Source: an uncultured Planctomycetota bacterium
GTDB taxonomy: Bacteria > Planctomycetota > Planctomycetia > Gemmatales > Gemmataceae
Direction of reading: 5' to 3'
DNA length: 64,000 nucleotides
Assembly (NCBI GenBank): GCA_963849325.1
Contig: CAWKHF010000006.1
Coordinates: forward strand, 608,001 to 672,000
This document shows, piece after piece, positions 51,983-62,408 of the stretch; position 1 is the first letter of the stretch, and the number at the start of each line of letters is the position of its first letter. The position numbers and the translations under genes are program-made. The notes under the pieces are model-generated. The model ran no database searches. It was given only the letters and a program-made list of their open reading frames with translations, and was not told the origin of the DNA.

Positions 51983-52377
51983 GCCACATACTGCACACGG
52001 ACACTTGCGCTTCGATCATCCGAGATGCGCAACCGGCGAAGACTCGCTTCGCTCAATCGCAATCTGGACTTCAGGTTTCGGTCCTCAGTGTCACGGGCCT
52101 GGAGATCTGGTTGCTGCGTCCAAAGTCTCCCCTGCACTACCGGACGAGGTTCTTCAACTTCCTTCAATGCGTTTCGCTCATCGAGGTGACGGAACCTATC
52201 GCTCATCGTGCGGCCATGATCGTTAACGGACTCCAAGGCCACGGACTGAAAATCAAGCTCGCGGATTCGATAATCGCAGCCACGGCCCTGGAACAGGGGC
52301 TGCCTCTGGTAACGCATTCGATAAAGCGATTCGCCAATATACCGGGTCTGACGGTCCTCGACTGGAGTGTTCCCTGA
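51979..52377 (+). CDS. vapC: PIN-domain (VapC-like) toxin, first catalytic Asp replaced by His
   Basis: ILHTD (canonical LLDTN/D), S..T..E, DSIIAATAL..G..LVT...KRF..IPGL...DW. Confidence 0.8.
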   Translation: MSHILHTDTCASIIRDAQPAKTRFAQSQSGLQVSVLSVTGLEIWLLRPKSPLHYRTRFFNFLQCVSLIEVTEPIAHRAAMIVNGLQGHGLKIKLADSIIAATALEQGLPLVTHSIKRFANIPGLTVLDWSVP

Positions 52378-52406
52378 AAGAGCTACACCAAGGACCATCG
52401 CACATC

Positions 52407-54080
52407 ATGCCTTCCCTCCTAAAGATCGCCGGCGGCACCGTCTACGACCCCGCCAACGGCATCGACGGCGTCGTGCAGGACATCTGGATTCGCGACGGCA
52501 AGGTCATCGCCCCGCCGACCGAGCCGGACGCACGGCCCGACCGGATCCTCGACGCCACCGGCCTCGTCGTCATGCCCGGCGGCGTGGACATGCACGCGCA
52601 CATCGCCGGGCCGAAGGTCAACCTCGCCCGCAAGATGCGGCCCGAGGACAAGCGCAAGGCGCCAGCTCGTCCGCCGCACGCCGCTGACGCGCTCCGGCAC
52701 CACCGGCAGCGTGCCCAGCACCTTCGCCACCGGCTACCTCTACGCCGGCATGGGCTACACCACCGCCTTCGACGCCGCCATCCCGCCGCTCGGCGCCCGC
52801 CACGCCCACGAGGAGTTTCACGACACGCCCCTCATCGACAAGGGCTTCTTCCTCCTCTTCGGCAACAATCATTACGTCCTCCAGCAGATCGCCGCCAACG
52901 AACCGGAACGTCTGCGCGCCTTCGTCGCCTGGCTGCTCGCCGCCGGCAAGGGCTACGCCGTCAAGCTCGTCAACCCCGGCGGCGTCGAGGTGTGGAAGGA
53001 GCGGCGGCGACAACATCCACGACCTCGACGCCAAGGTCGAGCACTTCGGCGTCACGCCGCGGCAGATCATCACGTCGCTGGCGCAGACGGCGATGGACCT
53101 CGGCCTGCCGCATCCGGTCCACATCCACTGCAACAACCTCGGCCTGCCCGGCAACTGGCGGACGACGCTGGCCACCATGCAGGCGCTGGAGGGCCGCCGC
53201 GCCCACCTGACGCACATCCAGTTCCACAGCTACGGCGGCGAACCCGACGACCAGGGCACGTTCTGCTCGAAAGTGCCGGAGCTGGCCGAGTACGTCAACA
53301 GCCATCCGAACCTGACCGTGGACGTCGGCCAGGTGCTGTTCGGCGAAACGACCTCGATGACCGGCGACGGGCCGCTGGGCTACTACCTGCACAAGGTCAC
53401 CGGCCGCAAGTGGACCAACGCCGACACCGAGATGGAGGCCGGCTGCGGCATCGTGCCGATCACCTACAAGGAAAAGAGCTTCGTCCACGCCCTGCAATGG
53501 GCCATCGGCCTGGAGTGGTATCTGCTCGTCAACGACCCGTGGCGCATCGCCATGAGCACCGACCACCCCAACGGCGGCTCCTTCCTCGCCTATCCCGCAG
53601 ATCGTGCAGCTGCTCATGGACCGCACCTACCGCCAGGAGATGCTCAAGCGCGTCCATCCGCGCGTCCTGCAGCGCTCGACGCTCGAAAGACCTCGACCGC
53701 GAATATTCGCTTTACGAGATCGCCATTATCACTCGCGCCGGCGCCGGCGCGCATGCTCGGGCTGACGCACAAGGGCCATCTCGGCGTCGGCGCCGACGCG
53801 GACGTGACGATCTACACGCCGTCCGCCGACAAGCGAGCGATGTTCGAGTTGCCGCGCTATGTTCTCAAGGCCGGCCAGGTGGTCGTCGAGCAGGGCGAGA
53901 TCCGCGCGGAGATGTACGGCCCGACGCTGCACGTCGCCACCGCAGTATGACGAGGGCGTGCTGCCGGACATCAAGAAATGGTTCGAGGCGTACTACACGA
54001 TCCAGTTCGCCAACTATCCGGTGGATGAACACTACATGGCCCACGGGGCGACCGCCATCCCCGTGAGGCAGGGAGAGTGA
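52407..54080 (+). CDS. fwdA: Formylmethanofuran dehydrogenase/Fhc subunit A, amidohydrolase (several frameshifts)
   Basis: GG.VYDPANG, PGGVDMHAHIAG.KVN, TGYLYA.MGYTT, KLVNPGG, HIHCNNLG.PGN, HIQFHSYG, TDHPNGG, KGHLG.GADAD. Confidence 0.92.
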
Positions 54081-54185
54081 CGAGGATGCATCCGGCTGCC
54101 GTCGTGGTCTTGTTGCCCGCGGAGCAGGCCGATAGACTGGGCGAGACCAGGGCGGATGGGGTGATCCCTGCGCGGAGGAGTTGGC

Positions 54186-54811
54186 ATGCCGTTTGGAACG
54201 TACAAGACGCTCGGTGCAGCGCTTCAGGCCCTGCAAATCACGGAAACGCAGAGGGCTTTCATCGAGCCGAAGCAGGTGGCGGTCAGTGACTTTTTTCGCT
54301 CCGAATTGGAGCTGACGCTGCGCGATTTCGACGTGAGCTGCTCGGAAGCGGCCATTTGCGAAAGCTTGCTCTTCCCGCTGTTGCGGGAAGCCCTCAAGCC
54401 CTACGCCGCCGTGCTGGGCTTGTGGAGCCATGTCGCCGCTCTACCGCGGCGAGGAATTGCTCGGCGTGCCCGATTACATCCTCGCCAAGCGTTCGTCGCT
54501 GTCATCGCGCGTCATGGAAACGCCCCATGCCCTGATTATGGAAGCCAAGAAAAACGATTTTGACGCCGGCTGGGGCCAATGTCTGGCGGCCATGCACGCC
54601 GTGCAAGCGCTCAACGGCGAGCCGCAGCGCGTGGTTTATGGCATCGTATCCGATGGTTTCGATTTGGCGCTTCGGCGAGCTGCGCGAGCGGACCTTCGCT
54701 CATCATCCGGGGATTTACCAACTGTTTCGCCTGGACGAATTGCTTGCCGCGCTGAACCACCTGTTCGACCTGTGCCGGCAACAGGTGCTCAGTCCCGCGT
54801 CGGCGGCCTGA
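54186..54811 (+). CDS. Uncharacterised PD-(D/E)XK-fold protein (two frameshifts)
   Basis: SEAAICE.L.FP.L, G.PDY, EAKK.DF..GWGQC.A.M, VYGIVSDG..W.FG.L. Confidence 0.7.
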
Positions 54812-54848
54812 AGCGCCGACGGGAGGGGTGGGTCGCCTGGAGTGTCGA

Positions 54849-54965
54849 TCATGGAATACCGCGAATGGCTTGCAGGTCGTCCAGGTTCACCGGCTTGACC
54901 AGGTGGACATCAAAGCCCGCTCCTTGCGAACGGCGCAGGTCCTCATCCTGACCGTAGCCGATCAT
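54849..54965 (-). pseudogene. C-terminal fragment of a response-regulator receiver domain
   Basis: IGYGQDEDLRRSQGAGFDVHLVKPVNLDDL matches the TGYG..ED......AGFD.HL.KP end of hybrid-kinase REC domains. Confidence 0.75.
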
Positions 54966-55052
54966 TCTCTTGTCATCTTGGCCCCTCCCGGTATGGTATC
55001 GGAACAGTTGGTCTACCGTTTTAGCTCTGGCGTGGCCGGGGGTCGTTGCCTC

Positions 55053-55955
55053 GTGGTGTCGGTCAACAACGTCCCACTGGATGATACCTTCGCGGAAGCC
55101 TTCCCCATGACCGCCGCTCGTCTGCTGGTCACGGCGGCGACGGCGGAGTGGCGGCGCACCGCCGGCCGGACGGCGACCGGCTACGCCGCCTCCGTCATCG
55201 GCTGCGACGCCGAGGCGGGCATCGAGCGCGAGCTGCTCCCGGACGAAACGCCGGACGGCCGACCCGGCGTCAGCTTACTCCTATTTGGCTTCGGACGAGA
55301 CGCCTTGCAGAAGGCCGTCGTCAATCGCGTCGGCCAGTGCATTCTGACCTGTCCGACGACGGCCTGCTACAACGGTCTGCCGGTGGTCAAGGACAAGGCG
55401 CTGCGCATCGGCGGCAACCTGCGCTTCTTCGGCGACACCTTTCAGTTCAGCAAGCAGCTCGACGGCCGGCGCTACTGGCGCCTGCCGGTCATGGACGGCG
55501 AGTTCGTCTGCGAGGATTTCTTCGGCACGATCAAGGGCGTGGCCGGCGGCAACTTCCTGATCCTCGGCGACAGCCAGGAGACCGCGCTCGCCGCGGCCGA
55601 GGCGGCCATCGCCGCCATTAAGCAAGTGTCCGGCGTCATCTGCCCTTTCCCCGGCGGCGTCGTCCGCTCCGGCAGCAAGGTCGGCAGTCGTTACAAGAAA
55701 CTGAAGGCCAGCACCAATGACGCCTACTGTCCGACGCTGCGCGGCCTGGTCCAAAGCGAGCTGTCCGAGGGCGTCGGGGCCGTCTACGAGATCGTCATCG
55801 ACGGCGTGGACCTGGCCAGCGTCGAGGCGGCGACGCGCGCCGGCGTGCGCGCCGCTTGCCGTCCGGGCGTGGTGCGCATCTCGGCCGGCAATTACGGCGG
55901 CAAGCTCGGCCCGTTTCACCTGCACCTACACAAGCTCTTGAAAGAAGAACATTAA
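55053..55955 (+). CDS. ftr: Formylmethanofuran-tetrahydromethanopterin N-formyltransferase
   Basis: DDTFAEAF, TGYA.SVIGC.AEAG, TPDGRPG, RVGQC.LTCPTTA, FFGD, GVAGGN, PFPGGVVRSGSKVGS, SAGNYGGKLG. Confidence 0.95.
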   Translation: MVSVNNVPLDDTFAEAFPMTAARLLVTAATAEWRRTAGRTATGYAASVIGCDAEAGIERELLPDETPDGRPGVSLLLFGFGRDALQKAVVNRVGQCILTCPTTACYNGLPVVKDKALRIGGNLRFFGDTFQFSKQLDGRRYWRLPVMDGEFVCEDFFGTIKGVAGGNFLILGDSQETALAAAEAAIAAIKQVSGVICPFPGGVVRSGSKVGSRYKKLKASTNDAYCPTLRGLVQSELSEGVGAVYEIVIDGVDLASVEAATRAGVRAACRPGVVRISAGNYGGKLGPFHLHLHKLLKEEH

Positions 55956-56046
55956 CCACGGATAACACGGATGATACGGATGAAGACAAAAAGAGAGAAT
56001 GACATGATTTGATTTATCCGTGTTCATCCGTGTTATCCGTGGTTAA
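55952..56046. repeat. Palindromic element, CACGGAT family, copy 3, filling the ftr-fwdC junction
   Basis: ttaaccacggataacacggatgatacggat ... atccgtgttcatccgtgttatccgtggttaa; spacer shares aagacaaaaagagagaa with copy 1. Confidence 0.9.
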
Positions 56047-56061
56047 AAAATGGATGGATTG

Positions 56062-56877
56062 ATGCTTCGACTCCGCTATCACGGCACCAGCACGATCCCC
56101 GTCGAGGCCGAGTGCGTCACGCCCGACCATCTCGTCGGCAAATCCGCCGCCGAGGTCGCCGCCCTGCCCGTGCAGCACGGCAATGCGCAACTCCCGCTCG
56201 GCGAGTTCTTCACCGTCGAGGGCGAGGCGAGCGATGGCGAAGTGGTCGTCCAGGGCGATTGCTCGCGCGTGAAGTGGCTGGGCGCCGGCATGACCGCGGG
56301 ACGACTGACGATTCACGGTAACGCCGGCATGCACCTGGGCGCCGAGATGCGGGGCGGCGAGATCCACTTGCACGGCAACGCCGGCGACTGGGTCGGGGCG
56401 GAGATGCGCGGCGGCCGCATTCACGTCCACGGCGACGCCGGCCATCTCGTCGGCGCGGCGTATCGCGGCAGCCGCTTCGGCATGCGCGGCGGCGTCCTCC
56501 TCATCGACGGCAAGGCCGGCAACGAGGTCGGCGCGACCATGCGGCGCGGACTCATCGTTATCGGCGGCGCCTGCGGCGACTTCCCCGGCGTGTCGATGAT
56601 CGCCGGCAGCCTCTTCCTGTTCGGCCCCAGCGGCGTCCGTCCCGGCGCCGGCATGAAGCGCGGCACCCTGGCGTTTTTCGACGCCGCCCCGCCGCTGTTG
56701 CACAGCTTCCGCTACGCCTGCACCTATCGACCCGTGTTCATGGCGTTGTATCTGCGGCAGCTCCAGGCATGGGGGTTCCCCATCGCGGAGCGCTACCTGG
56801 CCGGCAGCTGGCGGCGCTGGTGCGGCGATCTGGTATCGCTGGGCAAAGGCGAGATACTGACCTGGCAGGACCGTTGA
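56062..56877 (+). CDS. fwdC: Formylmethanofuran dehydrogenase subunit C
   Basis: I.PD, GN....LGEFF.V, repeated G..M.GG.I...GNAG beta-helix, GAAYRGS..GM.GG, GD....GKGEI. Confidence 0.93.
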   Translation: MLRLRYHGTSTIPVEAECVTPDHLVGKSAAEVAALPVQHGNAQLPLGEFFTVEGEASDGEVVVQGDCSRVKWLGAGMTAGRLTIHGNAGMHLGAEMRGGEIHLHGNAGDWVGAEMRGGRIHVHGDAGHLVGAAYRGSRFGMRGGVLLIDGKAGNEVGATMRRGLIVIGGACGDFPGVSMIAGSLFLFGPSGVRPGAGMKRGTLAFFDAAPPLLHSFRYACTYRPVFMALYLRQLQAWGFPIAERYLAGSWRRWCGDLVSLGKGEILTWQDR

Positions 56878-56952
56878 TCTCGTTCCCACGATCAAGGCGG
56901 CAGACAGGCGGCGGCGTACCGAGGCCAGGTTCCCCAGGCTTCCGGCTACGAC

Positions 56953-59900
56953 CTAACGGACGGACTCCCTCAGTCGTTCGTCCCTGGATGCCCTGACCCT
57001 GCGGCCAATCGCGGGGACCAACAGCGCCAGCACCACGCCGAGGGCGAAACCGGCGAGCGGCGCCTGCGGCAAGCGACCGACGCCGATCTTCGCCAGCAAG
57101 TAACCCAGCAGTCCGCCCGCCAGTCCGCCCAGCACCGCCGAGCCGATCCAGCGCGTCGCCGCCCCCGTCAGCAGTCGCGTCGCGCCGAGCCAGGCGATGA
57201 CGTAGAAGAAGACCGGCGTCAGGAAAATGCCGAACAGCGTCACACCCAACATGCCGCTGAAGACCGCCGTGCCCAGCGAGCGGCGCATCTCGGCGCCGGC
57301 ACCGGTGGCGATCACCAGCGGCAGCACGCCGAGAATGAAGGCGAACGACGTCATCAGGATCGGCCGCAGACGCAGCCGGCACGCCTCGACCGTCGCCTCG
57401 TAGCGCGGCTTGCCCTCGCGGTGCAATTGCTGGGCGAACTCGACGATGAGGATCGAATTCTTGCACGCCAGGCCGACCAGCACCACCAGGCCGATCTGCA
57501 CGAAGATGTCCACGGCCTTGTGCGTGAACAGCACGCCGGCGACAGAGCAGAGCAAGCACAGCGGCACCACCAAAATGACGGCCAGCGGCAGCGCCCAGCT
57601 CTCGTACAGTGCCGCCAGGGCCAAAAAGACGAACACCACGGCCAGGGCGAAGACGTACATCGCCGTGTTGCCCGCCCGAATTTGCATGAACATCAGCTCG
57701 GTCCACTCCGCCTTCATGGAGCGCGGCAAGCTCTGACGGGCCGTCTCATCGACGGAAGCGATGACCGGCCCGGTGCTGACGCCCGGCCGGATGTTGCCGG
57801 TGATCGGGGCGGCGGTGTAGAGGTTGTAGCGCATGACCATGACGGGACCGCTCACGTCGCGCACGTTGACCAGCGTGCCCAGCGGCACCATCTGTCCCCA
57901 CTTGTTGCGGACTTCCAGCAGGTTGATGTCCTCGACGCGGCGGCGGTACGGCCCCTCGGCCTGGATGGTCACCTGCCAGTAACGGCCAAATACGTTGAAG
58001 CTGTTGACGTAGAGCGAGCCGAGGTACATCTGCAACGTCTGGTTGAGACGTTCAGCGATACGCCGAGCGATTCGACCTTGGTGCGGTCGATGTCCAGGTA
58101 CAGCTGCGGCGTATTGGAACGAAACTGCGTCGCCACGCCGAGCAGGTTGCGATCGAGCGCAGACCGGACGGATGCGGATGCGGCGGCAGCTTGCCGATCA
58201 GCTTCTCGGTCTGCTTCTGCAAGTTGGGCAGTCCCAGGCCGCCGCGGTCCTCGACCATGAGTTTGAAGCCGCCAGCGACGCTGAGTCCGGGGATCGGCGG
58301 GGCGCCGAACACCGTGATCCGCGCATCCTTGACCTGGCGGGCCCACTCGCGCCGCAGGCGGGCCATGATCGCCTCGTCGCGGAGATCGGGGCTTCGCCGC
58401 TTCTCGAACGGGTCGAGGATGACGAACAGCGAGCCGAAATTGGAGCTGTTGGCCGACAGTAAAAACGATAGTCCCGAGACGGTGACGGTGTGGGCCACGC
58501 CCTTGCGTCTGCAGACGTAATTCGCTCGACCAGGGCCACTATCTCCTGAGTGCGCTGCAAGCGAGGCCGAGTCGGGCAATTCGACGTTGACGATGAGCCG
58601 GCCCTGGTCCTGCTGGGGAATGAAGCCGGTGGGAGCGCGGTCGAAGACCCAGTACGTCAGCACCAGAAGGCCGACGTAGGCCGCCAGGACGAGGATGCTG
58701 AGGCGAAGCAGACGACCCACCGACCAGGCGTAGGCCGCCGTGCCGGCGCGAAACGCCGCGTTGAACAGTCCGAACAACCAGCCGAGCGTCATGTCCAGCA
58801 GCCAGGTCAACGGATCGCGCCGGCCGCCGCGCGGCTTGAGCAGGATGGCCGCCAGGGCCGGACTCAACGTCAGCGAATTGAACGCCGAGAAGACCGTGGA
58901 AACGGCGATGGTGACGGCGAACTGGCGGAAGAACTGCCCGGTAATGCCGCGGATGAAGGCACACGGCACGAACACGGCGCACAACACCAGAGCGACGGCG
59001 ATGACCGGCCCCGTCACCTCGTCCATCGCCCGCCGCGCCGCCTCGCGCGGCGGCAAGCCGTGCTCCAGCCAGCGCTCGACGTTCTCCACGACAACGATCG
59101 CGTCATCGACGACAATGCCAATGGCAAGGACGAGGCCGAATAGTGAGATGTTGTTGAGGCTGAAGCCCAGCGCCGCCATGACGGCGAAGGTGCCGACGAT
59201 GGCGACGGGCACGGCGAGCAGTGGGATCAGCGATGCCCGCCAGTTCTGCAAGAACAGCAGCACGACGATGGCGACCAGTACCACCGCCTCCAGCAGCGTC
59301 CGTACCACGTCCATGACCGATTCGCGGACGAACGGCGTGATGTCGTAAGCGATGGCGTAGTCCACGCCATCAGGGAAGCGCGTCTTCAATTCCTCCATCT
59401 TCTGCCGCACGCCGTCGGCCACGTCCAGGGCGTTCGTGCCGGGGAGCTGGTAGACGGCCAGGCCCACGGTCGGTTTGCCGTCGAAGGTGCTGGCCTGGTT
59501 GTAATTCTGAGCGCCCATCTCGACGTGGGCCACGTCGCGCAGGCGGACGAGGCTGGCCGACGTCCCCGGCGGGAGGCCGAGCGCCGCCGCCCGCGCCGCC
59601 CTGCATGACGCCGCCCATCGCGCTGCCACTCGACATGCCGTTACCCGTGGACGAACTACTGCCGGTCATCCCACTGGCGGTCGTACCGCCGATCGTGGCG
59701 CCTCCGACGCTGCCGGCGCCGGTCATGCTGTCGCTGGTCGTGCTGCTGTTGATCGTGCTGCCGGTGGTACTGCTGCCGGTAGTGGTACTCCCCGCGTTCA
59801 TGCCTCCGCTGGTCGTGCTGCTTCCCGTCGTGCTGCCGCCGGTCATGGTGCCGCTGCTCATGCCGGCGCCGGTCATGCTGCCGCCGCTACTGGTGGCACC

Positions 59901-60800
59901 GCCCATCATTCCTCCGCCCGTCATGCCGAGACCGGCCAGCGTGCCGGTGAGGCCGCGACTGCTTTGGCTGCTTTGCGGAGGCGACGTTAGCACGACGGGA
60001 GGCGGGGCCACGGAGCCGGACGGGGCGCCGCGGCCGCGCTTGATGATGATGTCGGCGAACTGCTCCGGCTCGCGGAGTCGGCCCAGCGCATCCAGGGGCA
60101 TTTGGAAGTGCTGGCCGCGGCCGGCGGGCGGCTGGCCGACCTGACCGGCGGGCGCCTCGACGTTCTGGCTGCGGATGGCCGCCGCCACCTCCAGCGGTGT
60201 CAGGTCGCACGCCGCCAGCTTTTGCGGGTCCAGCCAGGCGCGGATACTGTAGTCGCGCTCGCCGAGGATGTTGATGTCCGAGACGCCGGAGACCCGAAAC
60301 AACTCGTCGCGGACGTTGATGTAGGCGTAGTTGCTCAGGTAAATGTCGTCGTAGCGATTGTCCGGCGAGAAGAAATTGACGACACACAAGATGTCCGGCG
60401 TCTTCTTTTTGATGGTGATGCCCTGGCTCTGGACCTCGACGGGCAGCTGCGGCATGGCCAGGGTGACACGGTTCTGCACCATGACCAGCGCCGTGTTCAG
60501 GTCGATGTCGAGATCGAAGGTGACGGTCAACGTGTACGAGCCGTCGTTGCCGCACTGCGACGACATGTACAACATGCCGGGCACGCCGTTGACCTGCTGT
60601 TCAATCGGCGCCGCTACCGTGTCGGCCACCACCTGCGAATTGGCTCCGGGGTAGCGGATGGACACCGACACCCCCGGCGGCGTGATGCGCGGATACTGCG
60701 CGACCGGCAGCGAACCCAGCGCGATCACGCCGGTCAGGGTGATGACCACGGACAGTACCGTGGCGAAGATTGGCCGGTCGATGAAGAAGTGCGAAATCAT
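56953..60800 (-). CDS. RND efflux permease (HAE1/AcrB family, several frameshifts) with large low-complexity insertion
   Basis: FFIDRPIFA, LPV.QYP.I.PP, VRLRDVA, GIVVDDAIVVVENVER, SLTLSPAL, GLACKNSILIVEFA, RLRPILMTS. Confidence 0.93.
59590..59940 (-). repeat. Degenerate ~15-bp repeats encoding a Gly/Ser/Thr/Met-rich tract
   Basis: GSMTG AGMSS GTMTG GSTTG SSTTS GGMNA GSTTT GSSTT... Confidence 0.75.
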
Positions 60801-60809
60801 CAACGACCC

Positions 60810-62070
60810 TCAGGGTTTATTCTCGCCGGCGGGGGGCGGCAACGGCTTGGGCGGTACCGGCGGCGGCGCCTGGCCGGCGTCGATGGTCGGCATCGGCGTC
60901 TCTTCCGACTCGACTTCCATGCGCGGCCGGACTTGCGGCAGGGCGCCGACGACGACCAAATCGTCGGCGTTGACTCCCTCGACCACGCGCAAACCATCCT
61001 CCTGGAGCGCCCCGGTGGTGACGCGGCGATACTGCACCTTGTGGTCCTTGTCCACGACGTAGACGAACTTCAGCCCCTGGTCGGAGCCAACGGCGCGGTC
61101 GGCGACCAGCAGCGCCGCGTGGGGCTGGCCGATGGGCAGGTGGATACGGACGAACATGCCGGGCATGAGCAGTCGTCGGCCCTTCTCGGGCTTGCCGTTG
61201 TTCGAGCCGGGCAGGTCCGGCAAGGGGTTGGCGAACAAGGCCCGCACCGAGATGGTGCCGGTCTGGGGGTTGACCTGGTTGTTGATGAAATTGAGACTAC
61301 CGCGATGCCGATAGTCGGTCTCTTTCTCCAGGGCCATGAAAACCGTGATTTCCGCCGTGTCCTTCACCGCTCGAATTTTGCCCTCGTTGATGCGCTTGCG
61401 GATTTCCAGTACGGTGCGCTCGTCCATGTCGAAGTAGGCGTAAATCGGGTCCAGGGACACCACGGTTGTCAGTGGCGTTTGGTCCTGGTTGACCAGGTTG
61501 CCGAGCGTGTAGTAGTAACGGCTGACCTGGCCGTCAATGGGCGAGGTGACCTCGCAGAAGCTGCGGTTGAGCTTGTAGACTTCCAGGCTGGCCCGCGAGG
61601 CTTTGAGGGAGGCGTCGGCCTCCAGCTCCTGGGCCTGGTAGGTATCGAGTTCCTGCTGCGAGAAAGCGCCCGGTTCGCGGGCGGAGACGGTCTTGGCCCG
61701 CGCGTTGGTCGCCTTGGCCAGGCGCAGCCTGCGCCACGTTGAGGTTCACCTGCGCTTCGGCCTGATCGACCAGGGCCTGGTACGGACGCGGGTCGATCTG
61801 GAACAGTAGGTCGCCTGCCTTGACCTCGGCCCCCTCGCGGAACGGCATCTTGGTCAGGTAGCCGGTGACGCGCGGACGGATGTCCACCGAGTTGATCGCG
61901 GCCAGGCGGCCGGTGTAGTCCACGAAGTCCGTGACCTCGCGCTGAATGGGATGGCTGACGGGAACGACCAGCAGTTCCGTGGATGGCCCCGGCGCCGGAG
62001 ACTGTCCACAGCCCGCCAGCAGCGCCGACAGACCGACATACGCAAAGATCGAGAAGGGTCGGTGCGTCAT
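60810..62070 (-). CDS. RND periplasmic adaptor (lipoprotein; frameshifts ~61730 and ~61465)
   Basis: LLAGC lipobox, IRPRVTGYL, EG..VK.GDLLFQIDPRPY, DPIYAYFD, TGTI..RA.F.NP, PGMFVR. Confidence 0.9.
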
Positions 62071-62119
62071 GGGGTTGCTTGGTCCTTGAGTCGAGTTGAG
62101 GGCTTATCCACAAATAACT

Positions 62120-62175
62120 TCGTTTCGCCGCGACGCGAGCGGAGCGCGCTCCGCTGCGCGTCGCGGCGAAACGAG
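62120..62175. repeat. REP-like palindrome, copy 2 of the 22486 family
   Basis: tcgtttcgccgcgacgcgagcggagcgcgctccgctgcgcgtcgcggcgaaacga. Confidence 0.8.
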
Positions 62176-62408
62176 GAATTTTTGCAGGACGGCCCCTAAG
62201 AAAGAGATTGTACGTGCTCCAGTCTCGGGGACAACCTTCGCCCACAGGCGGCGCGGGGAGTTCCGCTTCCCCGATGCGGACGGCCTATCTATAATCAATC
62301 TCATTGCCTGCCTCGAAGCGTCTCCGACACCCTCCGGCTGGGACGGGTTCGTCGCCCGAGTTCGGCGTTGTCTATCCTCGGTTGGCCTGCCGGAAGCAAA
62401 GGTCATTC

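Noticed and set aside
3169-62070. More than 20 frameshifts, read as programmed frameshifting or mass pseudogenisation
   Set aside because: They are single-base indels scattered through unrelated genes (glgP, ilvN, eutC, fwdA, moeA, RND) with both halves well conserved and no common slippery motif. Uncorrected long-read error is the simplest explanation.
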